Origin: Eledone cirrhosa
Lineage: Eukaryota
Direction of reading: 5' to 3'
Length of the DNA stretch: 64,000 nt
Assembly (NCBI GenBank): GCA_964016885.1
Contig: OZ024747.1
Coordinates: 75,764,001-75,828,000, forward strand
Below, in pieces: positions 1-14,200 of the stretch. The notes beneath the pieces are model-generated. The model was not told the origin of the DNA. It saw nothing but the letters and a program-made list of their open reading frames with translations, and did no database searches. Numbering within the stretch: position 1 is the first letter of the stretch; each line of letters begins with the position of its first letter. A program made the position numbers and the translations under genes.

Positions 1-107
1 TAAACTATATATAAAATATATATATAAACTATCCGGGAGCTTCCAACAGAAATGGTCGCATTCTTTAAGGGTATGTCAATATTTATTTATAAAACTGATC
101 TATATTA

Positions 108-172
108 TATTTTATCTGATGAAAGCACACCATAATCTAACTTGGTGTCCTTGAAATATGTATAATGAAATA
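108..172 (+). ncRNA. Type I hammerhead ribozyme, family A
   Basis: tattttat-CTGATGA(116-122)-stem II cacacca/tggtgt-GAAA(153-156)-tatgta-TA-atgaaata. Helix I is 8 bp. Homologous to 35927-35992 and 58794-58858. Confidence 0.75.
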
Positions 173-206
173 AATATGGTTTTATAAATATAGTTTCCAT
201 TTGTTA

Positions 207-273
<67 letters not shown>

Positions 274-427
274 ATATGTGTGTGTGCGTGTGGGGGTGGA
301 GTAGATAACGTTTTGTTTATGTATATCAAGAATGAATGCTTAAACAAGATAACTGCTTACCAGAGAATTTGGCTCGACGGAATCATTTGACTCGTATAAC
401 ATAATTATCCAAGCAGGGGAATACTAG

Positions 428-812
<385 letters not shown>

Positions 813-1221
813 GTGTATTTATGTAACAAACAACATAAGACAATTATTCCATTTACCAAGGGTTTCACGAAGACAGACTAGCTCAACACAGACGTCTGAA
901 ATCGCTTATAGCTCTGTAGAATACATAGAGCACTCTCCTTTCCTTTACCCTTCCTACGGAAATACTTCATATATATAAACGATCGGAGGCCATATTCAGT
1001 TAATTCAGGTTTATTTAAAACTCCGTTATACATATTTCACTGAGGACTATCAGATGTGATAGCCTGTGCTCTTCAGACCACAAAACCTAAAATAAACTTT
1101 GAAAGTTCCTAAGAAAAGCTGGAAAAATCCAATAATTTCCCCGAGAAAGATTTTCTTTTCATGTAACAGAGGCCGACCGAACGCGTAGTGGTGTTACTTC
1201 GACGGCCGGTCCCTGAATACA

Positions 1222-1319
<98 letters not shown>

Positions 1320-1377
1320 CAATTTTATATTTATATGAATAAAAATAACCAGGATTAAATTACAATAAATGTTTTAA

Positions 1378-1445
1378 TAGACTGACCGACGTTTTGATCG
1401 AAACAGGAATATTTATATCTGCTCTACTGATCTTTTCAGAATCTA
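1378..1445 (-). ncRNA. Degenerate hammerhead motif
   Basis: Minus strand: tagatt-CTGAAAA-gatc...gatc-AAAA-cgtcgg-TC-agtcta. Helices are intact but two core G positions read A. Confidence 0.35.
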
Positions 1446-1530
1446 CTAAACAAGATAAATAAGATAAATATTTATAAAACACATGTCGAAATATTTCAAG
1501 TCTCTTTGTGTCTTTCAAAATAAAAACTTA

Positions 1531-1573
1531 TTCACTGAGGAGGTCATAGGATATATGACGAAAGAGCTTTGAC
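1531..1573 (+). ncRNA. Type I hammerhead motif, family H
   Basis: tca-CTGAGGA-g-gtcata/tatgac-GAAA-gagc-TT-tga. Homologous to 8793-8835. Confidence 0.55.
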
Positions 1574-2113
1574 AATATATAAACATCATTCCGCTTCTCA
1601 AACCAACCAACCAACCAACCAACCAACCAACCATCTAACCGGAAATTTACAATACATTGAAGTGAAACCCAACAGGTGCATGTGTTTTATTGGCAGCATG
1701 ACCCTACCAAAGCATAACAATATATATATAACAATATATATATTGTTTTATGTGTGAGTATGTACAGCACATTCACAGAGTTCAGTTCCATTTCATGGCA
1801 ACTTAAGCAAGTGTGGACTAAAATAGCCTAGTGCTGGACTAACGATTTGTGAATGAAATTAAATTATATTTTCAAGTTAAATTGTACAAGTTTTCCAATG
1901 TACACATACTAGAATATTGTCATTCTGTTACTCTGCAACGACGTCACACCATAGTCATTTGATAATATATTCATATTATGATGACAATGATTCTATTGAT
2001 ATTTTACATAGAGTGGAGGCAGCGAATTTTGGAAAGGGAACAGTCGATTGATAATTCAATAAATTCATATATTCACGTCAGAATACATTCATATTATCAA
2101 TATAAAGTCGTTT

Positions 2114-2188
<75 letters not shown>

Positions 2189-2371
2189 GTTTTCCTACCT
2201 ATCTATCCATTACCTATATATCTACCTTCCTTCCTACCTACCTTCCAATCTGCATGTAGGTCTGTCTGTCTGTATGCATGGCTCCTTGTCTGCTTGTCTG
2301 TTTGTCTGTCCCTCGGCCTGTCTATCTGTCTGTCGATCTATCTACAGATATATCTATATATATAAAACTCA

Positions 2372-2403
<32 letters not shown>

Positions 2404-2533
2404 TATATATAAGTATATATATTTATATAAATATATATACATGTATATATATATATAAGTATATATATTTATGTAAATATATATATATGTATATATATAT
2501 ATATACATATATATGTATATAAGTATATATATT

Positions 2534-2583
<50 letters not shown>

Positions 2584-2657
2584 AATATATATACTTATAT
2601 ACATATATATGTATATATATATATATACATATATATATATTTACATAAATATATATA

Positions 2658-2703
<46 letters not shown>

Positions 2704-2710
2704 CACACAC

Positions 2711-2827
<117 letters not shown>

Positions 2828-3193
2828 CATTCATACAAATATATTAATATATAGATACATATATCATCATATATTTGTATTATTATGCGAAGCCATCCAT
2901 TAAAATAATGTTTTTAGTGAATATTTCATCTCAAATTTCATAGTTTTTTCTTGTTATTAATGTTGCACTATTTGATACTGCTGCTACTTCAGATACTGAT
3001 GTTATTGTTACTATAATAATTTCTATTGTCATTGTATATGTTAATATAGTTATTGTTATTCCTTTACAGCTGTGGCGATTATGACAAAAATACATAGTTA
3101 TGTATGTTACTTCCCTGTTTCGCAGCTGTCACTCGTAATACGTTTATTTCAGAAATATACATTATTTGCATCCTACACAAATTATATATATAT

Positions 3194-3279
<86 letters not shown>

Positions 3280-3340
3280 GTAGATAACTCTACCAAAATA
3301 TACGGTAGTGTCCAATATATATATATATATATATATATGC

Positions 3341-3606
<266 letters not shown>

Positions 3607-3641
3607 TAATGAGAGATTACCTATAACGATAACTTGTTATC

Positions 3642-3690
<49 letters not shown>

Positions 3691-3936
3691 AGTACAGCAT
3701 ATTCGAAGTTCGATCAGCAGCTAAGCCAACGAAGGCCTTCAGCATATATATATATATATATAGTAATAAGAATATTTATATTTATATATGTTTGATACAA
3801 CTATAAATATGGAGGGTAGTACTAAGTACAAGCCGGTTACCGGTAGGACAAAAGGCTCAATGCAAATTTACAAGTGTTTTACAGAGCCGAGATACAAAGT
3901 GTTAAAATGATCAAATTTTAGTTTAGAACATTTATT

Positions 3937-3983
3937 TGCTGACAATTGTTTCTTGCAGAGGGAAATCTGGAATCATCGGAGCA
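3937..3983 (-). ncRNA. Type I hammerhead (CCGAUGA core variant)
   Basis: tgct-CCGATGA-stem II-GAAA-caattg-TC-agca. Palindromic helix III ACAATTGT, GUC site. Confidence 0.65.
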
Positions 3984-4544
3984 TAAGGAATGTCGAAACA
4001 CGTAACTAAAATCCTCGTCCTTTAGAACATTTAGGGTACATTATTGTTATTAGTGTCAAAGGCATCATGTGGAGAGTCAGAAGTTAAAAAGATGTTCTGC
4101 TTGAAAGAACACAATTACAGGCAGCATTGGTTGGAAGTGTAATAGGTATAAGTAAAAAGCACAAGCAAAAAAAAAACACGTACAAAAAAGTTATAAGCAA
4201 GGAAAATTGGTGTACAATGCAGGAGTCAATACAGTCAATAATCAATGTATGAGGAAAGAGTTATAATGCAGTTGAAACAAACATATTTTGTGTGGGGTGT
4301 AACTTGCATGTAACTTGCTTATAACTTTTTTGCCTGTGTTTTTTTTGCTTGTGATTTGTTTGCTTGTGCTTTTTACTTATACCTATTACACTTCCAACCA
4401 GTGCTGCCTGTAATTCTGTTCTTTTAAGCAGAACATCTTTTTACCTCCTGACTCTCCACATGATGCCTTTGACTCTAATAACAATTATGTACCTTAAATG
4501 TTCTAAAGGACTAGGATTTTAGTTACATGTTTCGACATTCCTTA

Positions 4545-4591
4545 TGCTCCGATGAATCCAGACTTCCCTCTAGAAGAAACAATTGTCAGCA
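4545..4591 (+). ncRNA. Type I hammerhead (CCGAUGA core variant)
   Basis: tgct-CCGATGA(4549-4555)-agacttccctct-GAAA(4576-4579)-caattg-TC-agca. Confidence 0.65.
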
Positions 4592-5269
4592 AATAAATGT
4601 TCTAAACTAAAGTTTGATCGTTTTAACACTTTGTATATATATACGTATATATATATATGTATGTATGTACGTATAGTAATATTGAAATTTATCATGTCTG
4701 CCAAACTTGTATTGTATAAACAGGCAATAAATTCATATATACTTGCATCATTACCTGGTAAATTGAGACAGAAACTTATGGAACTAAAACATTCTACAAA
4801 TAAATGAAACGAATAGTTTCAGCATAAAATATAGTCTCTTATTTTCAAATAGAAAAAGAAATGCATTGAGCTAAGGGAAATGACACAAAGAGGCCAATGA
4901 CTTGTGGCGTTCATAGGGCACTTTTAAACCTGGCAGTTTAGCAGCCATGTAGAGAATCGCTCGAATTTTTACCACAAAAACTCCCCCCTCATTGATCCGA
5001 AAACCACGTAACAACATTTTTTGTTGACTTCCAAACCCTTTCGGGACCCCTTCGCAGCCTGGAAAACACATTTAGAGACTCGTTGACTTATAAACTATGC
5101 ATGCATGGTCTCGTAACTCCTGAAGGAGTGGTTGAGGCGCCGCATTGGCATACAGCGATTCCATGGCAATTTTTAAACCTGGTGGAGCCCAATCCTCTCC
5201 AGACCTGAATACAGAAGATTTCTTCCAGGGAAGGATAAAGAGTGAGAGAATGGGAATGAGAAAGAGATA

Positions 5270-5427
5270 TAAAGGAAGAATCGATCGCAGTATTTGACTG
5301 GTACTTTTTTATCGACCTCGGATGAAAGGCAAAGTTGACCTCGGCGGGACTTGAACTCAGAGAGCCGAAACAAATAGAGCAATATATTCTATCGGACATT
5401 CTAACGACTCAGCCAATTCGTCGCCTC
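5270..5427 (-). mobile_element. tRNA-derived SINE
   Basis: B-box-like gagttcaagtccc and the shared body aactttgcctttcatcc...gataaaaagtaccagt, as in the copies at 37500, 40866 and 49798. Confidence 0.75.
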
Positions 5428-5974
5428 TTATAAATTATATGGATAGTTAAAATTGCAGCATTTACAGATGTAAGAGTGTTAAATAATATTTTCTTAATGG
5501 AGGTTCCCAAATAGGCTTTTATCCTGTCGGCTGGAACAGGTAACAGTGTATAAGTGTAAAGGGTATACACTCTAAATATTCAATAGATATTTCCTTTATG
5601 AATAATTTCTTTTTTTATTCCTTCACAATTTTTCACGAATAAAAACACTCGCAGTAGATATTTCAAGACGTTTGGAAATGTTACTAAAATCTACACTCAA
5701 TTTCATCTCTCTATAAATAGGCAAGACATTAGAACCGCTGAGAGAGACACACATCTAGAGCAGTTAAAGGAGACATAGCAGATTCCATAGCAGCTATTTG
5801 TAGCTTCATGAACCGTAACGAAATATTTCGTTTACTTTATCAAGAGACGCCGTTGCCGTTGCCTCAAGATAAATTCAGGTTTGCTGCTACCCCATATATC
5901 CGGTCTCCCAGTTCACAATGAATCTCAAGAGATTATCAGGATAATATTGTCAATGTACAACAGAGTTTATAGCA

Positions 5975-6490
5975 ATGTGTGTGTACGTGTCAGTATATAT
6001 ACATGCCTGTAAGTGTGTGTGTTTGTGTGTGCGTGTGTGTGTATGTGCTTGTGTGTATGTGTCAGTGTGAGTGTATGTGTATTTGTGAATGTATTTGTGT
6101 GCGTGTGTTTCTGTGTGTTTGTGTATTCATGTGTAAATTTTGTGTGTGTGTATATGTCAGTGTGGACGTATGGGTGTTTGTGTATGTATGTGTGTGTTTG
6201 TGTGTATGTGTGTGCAAGAGTGTGTTATATGCCTGTTAGTATGTGTCAGTATGGGTGTATGTGTATTTGTGTATGTATGTGTGTGTGTGTATGCGCGTGT
6301 AAGTGTGTGCATATATGTGCCTGTTTGTATGTGTCAGTATGGGTGTATGTGCATTTGTGTATGTGTGTGTGTGTGTTTCTATGTGTTTGTGTATTCATGT
6401 GTAAGTGTGTGCCTGTGTGTATGTGTCAGTGTGGATGTATGTGTATTTGTGTATGTATGTGTGTGTGTATGTATGTATGTGTGTGTGTTT
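5975..6490. repeat. TG-rich degenerate tandem repeat
   Basis: Recurring gtgtcagt(a/g)tgg(g/a)tgtatgtgtatttgtg units. Confidence 0.8.
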
Positions 6491-7270
6491 CTATTTCTAC
6501 GTACGCTTTATCTTCATATAAATCTACGCATGTTTTCTAGTGTACATTAGTACTTATCTACATGTAACTCTACGTGTTTCTCGAATAATCAGCGCTTATC
6601 TTTTTGTGACTGTATCATACTACTGTATCATACTACTATGTATGTATATATATATATATATATTTGTATGTATGTATGTATGTATGTATGTATGTATGTA
6701 TGTATGTATGTATGTATGTATGTATGTATGAATGTATGTATATTTGTATGTATATGTGTATGTAGGAATGCATGTATGTGTGTATATTTGTATATGTATG
6801 TATGAATGTGATGTGTGCGGAGTGTATACTTCAGTTCTTACTAATCTCTACATACTCTCTAATATACCACATCGCTACGTCTGCGCATGTCTGGTTGCTT
6901 TTATGATACTGTTACTACTTCGGTGTGTATATATATATATTTAATACATTAACAGAGAAAGCTTTAAGCAATACTCCGACCGGCTTCCGTCTCACTCAAC
7001 AAACATTAGGATATACCTTAGTATAATCCCAATTATACGTTTGGGGTGCTAACTATACGTATTTTGCGGATAGCCAGTTGTATTATTTTATATGAGACAA
7101 TTAAATACGTATATAAATGTAATCTGAGTTTTTCGAATATTAATAATTGCTTCTACTTTTGGCACAAGGCCAGCAATTACCCAGTACATGTTTGCTCTTG
7201 TGTTGGCATGTGAACAGAACTGCAGACACTAATGTTTCACTAGCTCTGACAGTTTGGCAGGCGAACAGTG

Positions 7271-7318
7271 AGCTGTACTGATGAAGAGTGATTCCCAGAA
7301 ACATTAGTGTCTGCAGTT
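7271..7318 (+). ncRNA. Type I hammerhead in a fold-back (arms 7192-7238 and 7298-7344)
   Basis: agctgta-CTGATGA(7278-7284)-weak stem II-GAAA(7298-7301)-cattagtg-TC-tgcagtt. Confidence 0.6.
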
Positions 7319-7489
7319 CTGTTCGCATGCCAACACAAGAGCAAGAATGAAGTGTTCATTCTACTGACATGGCTATAAAATTTAGGCTTGTTTGCATAAT
7401 TGCAAACGAATCGAATGTTATTATTAATATTCGAAAAATATTACCTTCTCCAATAAAAGAAATATTATGTATTTTGCGAAATCCAGAGA

Positions 7490-7970
7490 CTTTCTATAAT
7501 GACCAGAAGTCGACTCTAAATATTACTAATAGCTCTAGGAAAGCCATTAACGACATTTTTTTAACTTTGATTTTGAAAGTAGGTTTATAATTATCAATTT
7601 TCAGTACACTTTTGTAGCTGTCTCGGTGTCCTAGTTGGGGGAATCATAGACGGTGGTGATCCTGGTCTGAAGTTCGATTCTGGTCGGAAGTAGGGTTCAC
7701 AGTAAACCTTTTCAGTTTTCTTCTATTGATTGTAAAATAAAAACTGAAAAAGGTTACATGTACTTCTTGACCAGGATTGAACCGAAGGCAAGAATCTCCA
7801 CCGTCTCTAGTACCTACCGCTAGGCCACAGAGAGAACTACGAAAATCTTGTGATTCATACTTATAAACATACTTTCAAAATTTTCAATACAAAATCATAT
7901 GGTTTCGTTCATGTCTTTCTTAATGTCATTGCTCCTACTTAAGGTCGACTTCCAAATCATTTGGGAATTC
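7490..7970. mobile_element. Old palindromic MITE-like element containing two convergent tRNA-like cassettes
   Basis: Imperfect inverted repeat centred near 7730. Left arm has gtgtcctagttgg...agttcgattc. Right arm (minus strand) has gtggcctagcgg...ggttcaatcc. Each cassette is followed by T-runs. Confidence 0.5.
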
Positions 7971-8110
7971 CATAAACTACATCCTCATTTTATTTCACAT
8001 CTATCTAGACTATATTTTAACCTGTAATCCATGTTTCATTTCTGTTCCACCTCATCTCCCCCGCCTCATGTTTTTGCATGTCACTTAGATTCAAACTTAC
8101 AATGATTGGC

Positions 8111-8147
<37 letters not shown>

Positions 8148-8616
8148 TGGCGGACTAGGTCTAAAAGTATTGGTTGCCGGATGAAGGGGGCCCACCTACA
8201 TATACAATGCTATCATTTCATTTTTATAATGAATAAATAACATTTTCAAAAAATACACAACTCGAAACAAAACAGTGCAATCAAATTTTTGCGGAAAAAT
8301 ATCTTACCTTCTCCAATTAAAAATGTTATGTATTTTGCGAAATCCAGAGACTTTCAATAATGATCTTTGGTCTTTCACATTCCCTCAATATATATATATA
8401 TATATATATATTTCGTTTCTGAATTTGTTTAGCAAGATTCTTTATCTGAAATCGTGTGTTGAAACCGATATTGTTATACTTTGGGAAGGTCATGTTGCCA
8501 ATAAGAAACACACGCACCAGTGCTTTCACTTCAATTTATTATAATAAATTTATAAATTTAGGAATTTATAAATTTCTGGTTGGTTGGTTCCACAACCAGA
8601 TAGTTGTTTACATATT

Positions 8617-8659
8617 GTCAAAGTTCTTTCGTCACACATTCTGTGACCTCTTCAGTGAC
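8617..8659 (-). ncRNA. Type I hammerhead, family H
   Basis: gtca-CTGAAGA-g-gtcaca/tgtgac-GAAA-gaac-TT-tgac. Confidence 0.65.
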
Positions 8660-8792
8660 TGGGATTCTTTTCTTTGTTTTTGTGCCTCTCCTTTGTTCTG
8701 TCCGACGCCATTTTGTTTGGCGTAGGACAGAACAAAGGAGAGGCGTAGGACAGAACAAAGGAGAGGCACAAAAACAAAGAAAAGAATCCCCA

Positions 8793-8835
8793 GTCACTGA
8801 AGAGGTCACATAATGTGTGACGAAAGAACTTTGAC
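8793..8835 (+). ncRNA. Type I hammerhead, family H
   Basis: gtca-CTGAAGA(8797-8803)-g-gtcaca/tgtgac-GAAA(8822-8825)-gaac-TT-tgac. Confidence 0.65.
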
Positions 8836-9011
8836 AATATGTAAACAACTATCTGGTTGTGGAACCAACCAACCAACCAGAAATTTATAAATTCCTAAAT
8901 TTATAAATTTATTATAATAAATTGAAGTGAAAGCAACTGGTGCGTGTGTTTCTTATTGGCAACATGACCCCCCCCCCCAAAAGTATAACTATATATATAT
9001 ATTCCTGATTC

Positions 9012-9040
9012 CTGATGATTTCTAATGAATGAAACAGTTC
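9012..9040 (+). ncRNA. Hammerhead-like core, family C (helix I unclear)
   Basis: CTGATGA-tttc taat gaat-GAAA-cagt-TC. Homologues at 21321-21349 and 54604-54632. Confidence 0.4.
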
Positions 9041-9071
9041 TAGTCCTGTAGAATCTCATCTATAATAAAAC

Positions 9072-9103
<32 letters not shown>

Positions 9104-9387
9104 GGGGGGGGTGTATCTATCTATATATATATATGCTTGTGTGGCTGTGTCTATATATGTATGTTTGCATACATGAGTGAATACACTAAGCTTTAGACTG
9201 TACAACCACTGATTCCAGCTATTTGCACTACCATATATATTGGTTTCTAGTAATTCCCTGGGGAATTGGTTGACCAAATGCTTTGCTTAATTGTTTTATT
9301 TATTTAAAAAAAAATTATTTTTGCTCTTAGATTTCAGGTATTTTTTAAAAGCTAAGCATTGGCACCTAAAATACTAGCGTATTATTC

Positions 9388-9526
9388 GGTTATATCTACC
9401 CCAGTATACTACAGGTACTTTATTTATCGACCTCACGGGACTGAATGGTAAAGTTTATTTTATATTCTCACAGAAGAAATAGCTGATGTTCTCTTTTAAT
9501 GTGTTTATATGTGAATGTGTCTTACG

Positions 9527-9578
<52 letters not shown>

Positions 9579-9808
9579 TTAGAGAGAGAGGAAGACAAGT
9601 ATGTATGTACACGTATATGTGTGTATGAGATTGATAGGAGTAGATGAGAAAGAGAAGAGAGAGAATGAGGGTTATATCTACCCCAGTATACTACAGGTAC
9701 TTTATTTATCGACCTCACGGGACTGAATGGTAAAGTTTATTTTATATTCTCACAGAAGAAATAGCTGATGTTCTCTATTAATGTGTTTATATGTGAATGT
9801 GTCTTACG

Positions 9809-9862
<54 letters not shown>

Positions 9863-10094
9863 TTAGAGAGAGAGCAAGACAAGTATGTATGTACACGTAT
9901 ATGTGTGTATGAGATTGATAGGAGTAGATGAGAAAGAGAAGAGAGAGAATGAGGGTTATATCTACCCCAGTATACTACAGGTACTTTATTTATCGACCTC
10001 ACGGGACTGAATGGTAAAGTTTATTTTATATTCTCACAGAAGAAATAGCTGATGTTCTCTATTAATGTGTTTATATGTGAATGTGTCTTACGCA

Positions 10095-10177
<83 letters not shown>

Positions 10178-10267
10178 GAGAGAGAGAGGAAGACAAGTAT
10201 GTATGTACACGTATATGTGTGTATGAGATTGATAGGAGTAGATGAGAAAGAGAAGAGAGAGAATGAG
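9388..10267. repeat. Tandem triplication of a unit of about 283 bp (SINE fragment plus (TA)n(GA)n)
   Basis: Unit starts at 9388, 9670 and 9954 (ggttatatctaccccag). Confidence 0.92.
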
Positions 10268-10633
10268 ATAAAGCGAAATATATTTTATGTGTAGCAATTC
10301 CTGTACACATCTATTGCTCTCTATGTATACGTCTTTTGCGTGTGTTGTGAGAATGTATATAAGTGCTGACCTCTATCCGGATGTGTGTAAATGTATGTGT
10401 GAGTATGCTAGTGCAGTGATCCATATGTAATTGTTACTATGGCAATAATGTATATAACTATCCCCAATAGATAGCAATCGAAGCCTACGTATGTTTTTCG
10501 TCATATAACAATAGATATGCATTAATGGGTATGTATGGATGCAGGAATGTATGCTATGTGCGTATATATGGTTGTAGGAAAATATATAAATGTATATATA
10601 TGTATGAATATGTATATACATGTATATATATAA

Positions 10634-10741
<108 letters not shown>

Positions 10742-10778
10742 ATTCTTTGGGAGGTTCATGTTGCAAATAAGAAACACA

Positions 10779-10818
<40 letters not shown>

Positions 10819-10823
10819 ACGAA

Positions 10824-10863
<40 letters not shown>

Positions 10864-11194
10864 TTCAGCATTTGTCTCTATGTACGTACCCATCTATGTC
10901 TGAACGTATGTGCTTGTGAATGTGTTTCTACGTTATATATTTATTATCTATTCACAGTTCACTTGAATATTGTTTGTGTATATTTATGTAGTTTTCTTTC
11001 ATTCTTTTCTGTATTCTTACATGCGGGGGCTACCATGGATTGCATGTAACTCTGAGCCTCTCTGTTTTATCACATATGCCAACTGTGGAAACATTCGAGT
11101 GTAGTTGTGTGTATATCTCTTTATTTGTACCCTATAACAATTGTGTAAATATATGTGACACTGTATCAAACACAGCCTCACTGATCTAGTGTCA

Positions 11195-11274
<80 letters not shown>

Positions 11275-11275
<1 letters not shown>

Positions 11276-14200
11276 AAAAAGAAAACACACCTCAGACACA
11301 CAAATGAAAACAACGCCTCCCCAAAACATAACACTGACACCAACACAAAAGAGTTCACAACAACAGCAAACAAAAAACACCACACAAAAACAAAAACATG
11401 CATACACATACATAAACACAAGAAACAAAAAACTTAAACATTGTATACAACAACAATACAATAAAAACCCAAGGACCTAACTTCACCCAGGCAGGGGATT
11501 TCCCCCACCTCAAAATGATTAAGGCCCCATTATAAAACTTTAAAAAACTACTTTAAAGAGGACGTGGGTCCCCCCTGCGTCGGGCCCATTAACCGCGTCC
11601 TTCTAAAAAACTAGCCCACCCCCTCCCAAACACCCACACAACTCCAAACACCCCAACCACACAACACACTGATGCCCCTACACTTCCACAACCCCCCCCA
11701 CCCAACAACCCATCCCCCACCCTAATGGAAATTGTGCATCCCGATACCCGGGACGCAGAGATGTAAGTGCCTTTTCTCTTCACCACCAACATGGCTATGC
11801 TAAGAGTAGGCTGTTTAAATGCGCGTGGCCTGGGCTCAACTTGGAAGCAAGCAATGCTTCTAAATGACCTCAGGTCACAATGTATAGATGTGTTGGTTAT
11901 TTGCGAGGCCCGGATCAGCAACGTGCGACAGCTGGCCCCCACCTTTGATGACTTTGAGATGCACGCATCTCGCTGTCAGCCCGGAGGTGGGGGGTGGGGT
12001 TGTCGCTCTGCTGCAAAAACATCTGGGTCTCGCAACACAGATGGTACATTTAGACCCGGAGGGTCGACTAGTGGTTCTGGACCTTGGCAGTGGTGAAGGC
12101 GGAGCGTTTAGGTTGGTAGCCGCCTACGGCCCTTTCGGGTCAATGCGGCCGGACTTCTTCCATCGTCTGGAGACTTTTCTAGGGACGTCCCGCTCCTTGC
12201 TATTAGTGGGGGACTGGAATGGTATCCTAGATGCACGTTGGGACTACGTAGGGGCCTGTCCCGATAGAGAGGGGTGTAATAGCCTCAAAAGGTTAATCGG
12301 TCGATTTGATCTGGCCGATAGATATCGACTAAATTTTCCGACTGCGCCAACCTGGACTTGGGCAAATCGTAGCGGATCATTTAGGTCGTACCTAGATAGG
12401 TTCTTAGTTAGAATTAAGGATAAGGACTTTTTAAGTTGTCCAAAAATGCGCATGGTTGGCTATTCAGACCACAAGTTAGTGACCTGCATGGTCAACCTTG
12501 ACAGAACTCATAGACAGGGACCCGATTACTGGAAGCTCAACTTGTCCTTACCGGCAAGTAAGGCTTACAGGGACCGGATTAGCACTTTAGTTAAGGAGCG
12601 GTTGACGGGTGCCATCGTCAACAGCAGGTGGTGGGGATCTCTCAAAGGAGAGATTAGAGTAGTCTCTATAGAATTTAGTAAGGAGTTAGCCTCAAATAGA
12701 AATAGGAAGGAAAGGGAGTTGGTAGATAGTATAGAAGAGGCAATTAGAAGCGGCGACGTGGCCAGAGTGCTAGCGTCGAGAACGGCCCTGGGCCAGTTCT
12801 TCGACGCGAAACACGAAGGCTGCATCGTCCGAAGCAAAATACGTGCTCTGAGAAACGAGGGGACCAAAGCTGTTAGCTGGGCCCGCGTGACAGAAGCCAA
12901 AAGAGGGAGCAGATCCACTATCCGGTCTTTGCGAGACCAGGATGGACGGGTGATCCTTGAACCTAAGCAGATGTGCGAGGCTTTTCAAAAGCACTTTGCC
13001 GGATTGTTCGGAAGGGGCGGGGAGCCGGTTGGGGATGTGGACTTCGGTCCATACCTCGACGGCCTGCCGCGTCTCTCGGACAGGGAGGTGAAGTCCTGCG
13101 AGGAGCCGATTTCAGCCGCTGAGATAGAGGATGTGCTGAGCCAATGCGGCAAACGCAAATCCCCGGGTCTCGATGGTCTTCCATACGAACTATATCTAGC
13201 TATGCCGGACTTGTTCCCCGATCTCCTCAAGGCGGTCTACTGCAACTGGCAACAGAACGGGAGAATTCCCTGTGCTCTGACCAAGGGCGTAGTCACGCTA
13301 GTGAGGAAGGACGAGAACAAGGAGGACGATATAAATCATTTCAGGCCCATAACTCTGCTAAATACAGAATTACAGATTTTGGCCAAGGTGCTAGCAAAGA
13401 GGTTGGCGCTTGTCGTGGGAAACCTGGTGGGAGATGCGCAGACATGTGCTATCCCGTCCAGGTCCATCCACGACAACCTCCACCTCATGCGATACACCAT
13501 AGAGAGGGTTGTGAACGAACCCGGCAATCTAAGGCATTCGATAGGGTCGACCATGGTTACCTGGATGCGGTGTTAGCGGTGGCAGGCTTCGGACCCCTTT
13601 TTCAGGGGCTGGGTCAATGCCATGCACAGCAGCCGCATCTGCAGTAGGGTCAAGGTGAACGGCTACCTCTCGGAGCCGTTCGAAATCGCGCGGTCCATCC
13701 GACAGGGATGCCCTCTCTCCTCCCTTCTGTATGTAATGACTCTAGAGCCACTGCTGCGGAAGTTGGAGTTGTTGCAGGGCATCCCGTTGGAACCGGGATT
13801 GCGGAAAGCGGTGTCGGCCTACGCCGACGACGTAACAGTAATGGTGTCTACGGCCTCGGAAATCGGGGCGATCGACACCTTATTGGAGGAGTACGAAAGG
13901 TTTACAGGGGCTAAGCTGAACCGGGACAAGTAGATCGGTTTGCAACTCGGCACATGGAGGGGCAGATCGATGCCCTCCGATGGCGTCGTCGGGCGCTGGA
14001 CGGAGGGCCCGGTGAAGTTGCTCGGGGTCTGGTTCGGACCAGACCTCCAGGTGGAGAAGAACTGGGGTGAGGTAACGAACAGGTGTTTGCACTGACCCAG
14101 AAGTGGGCCGAGTGCAAACTGTCCCTGAAAGGTCGGGGGAGGTGGCGAACACTTATATAGCGTCCGTCATCTACTACCGCCTGACCGTTGTGCCTTGCCC

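Larger units (their letters stand above)
3892..4636. mobile_element. Long fold-back element (arms about 3892-4201 and 4314-4636) with an HHR in each arm
   Basis: Arms of about 310 bp are reverse complements. (TA)n flanks. Confidence 0.85.
8411..8990. mobile_element. Fold-back element, family H, with an HHR on both strands
   Basis: Near-perfect inverted repeat about 8469-8709 and 8719-8990, with a 23-bp duplication near the centre. (TA)n flanks. Confidence 0.88.

Noticed and set aside
858-916. ACGAAGA-cagac...gtct-GAAA motif
   Set aside because: The core is mismatched and helix I is offset. Too degenerate to call.
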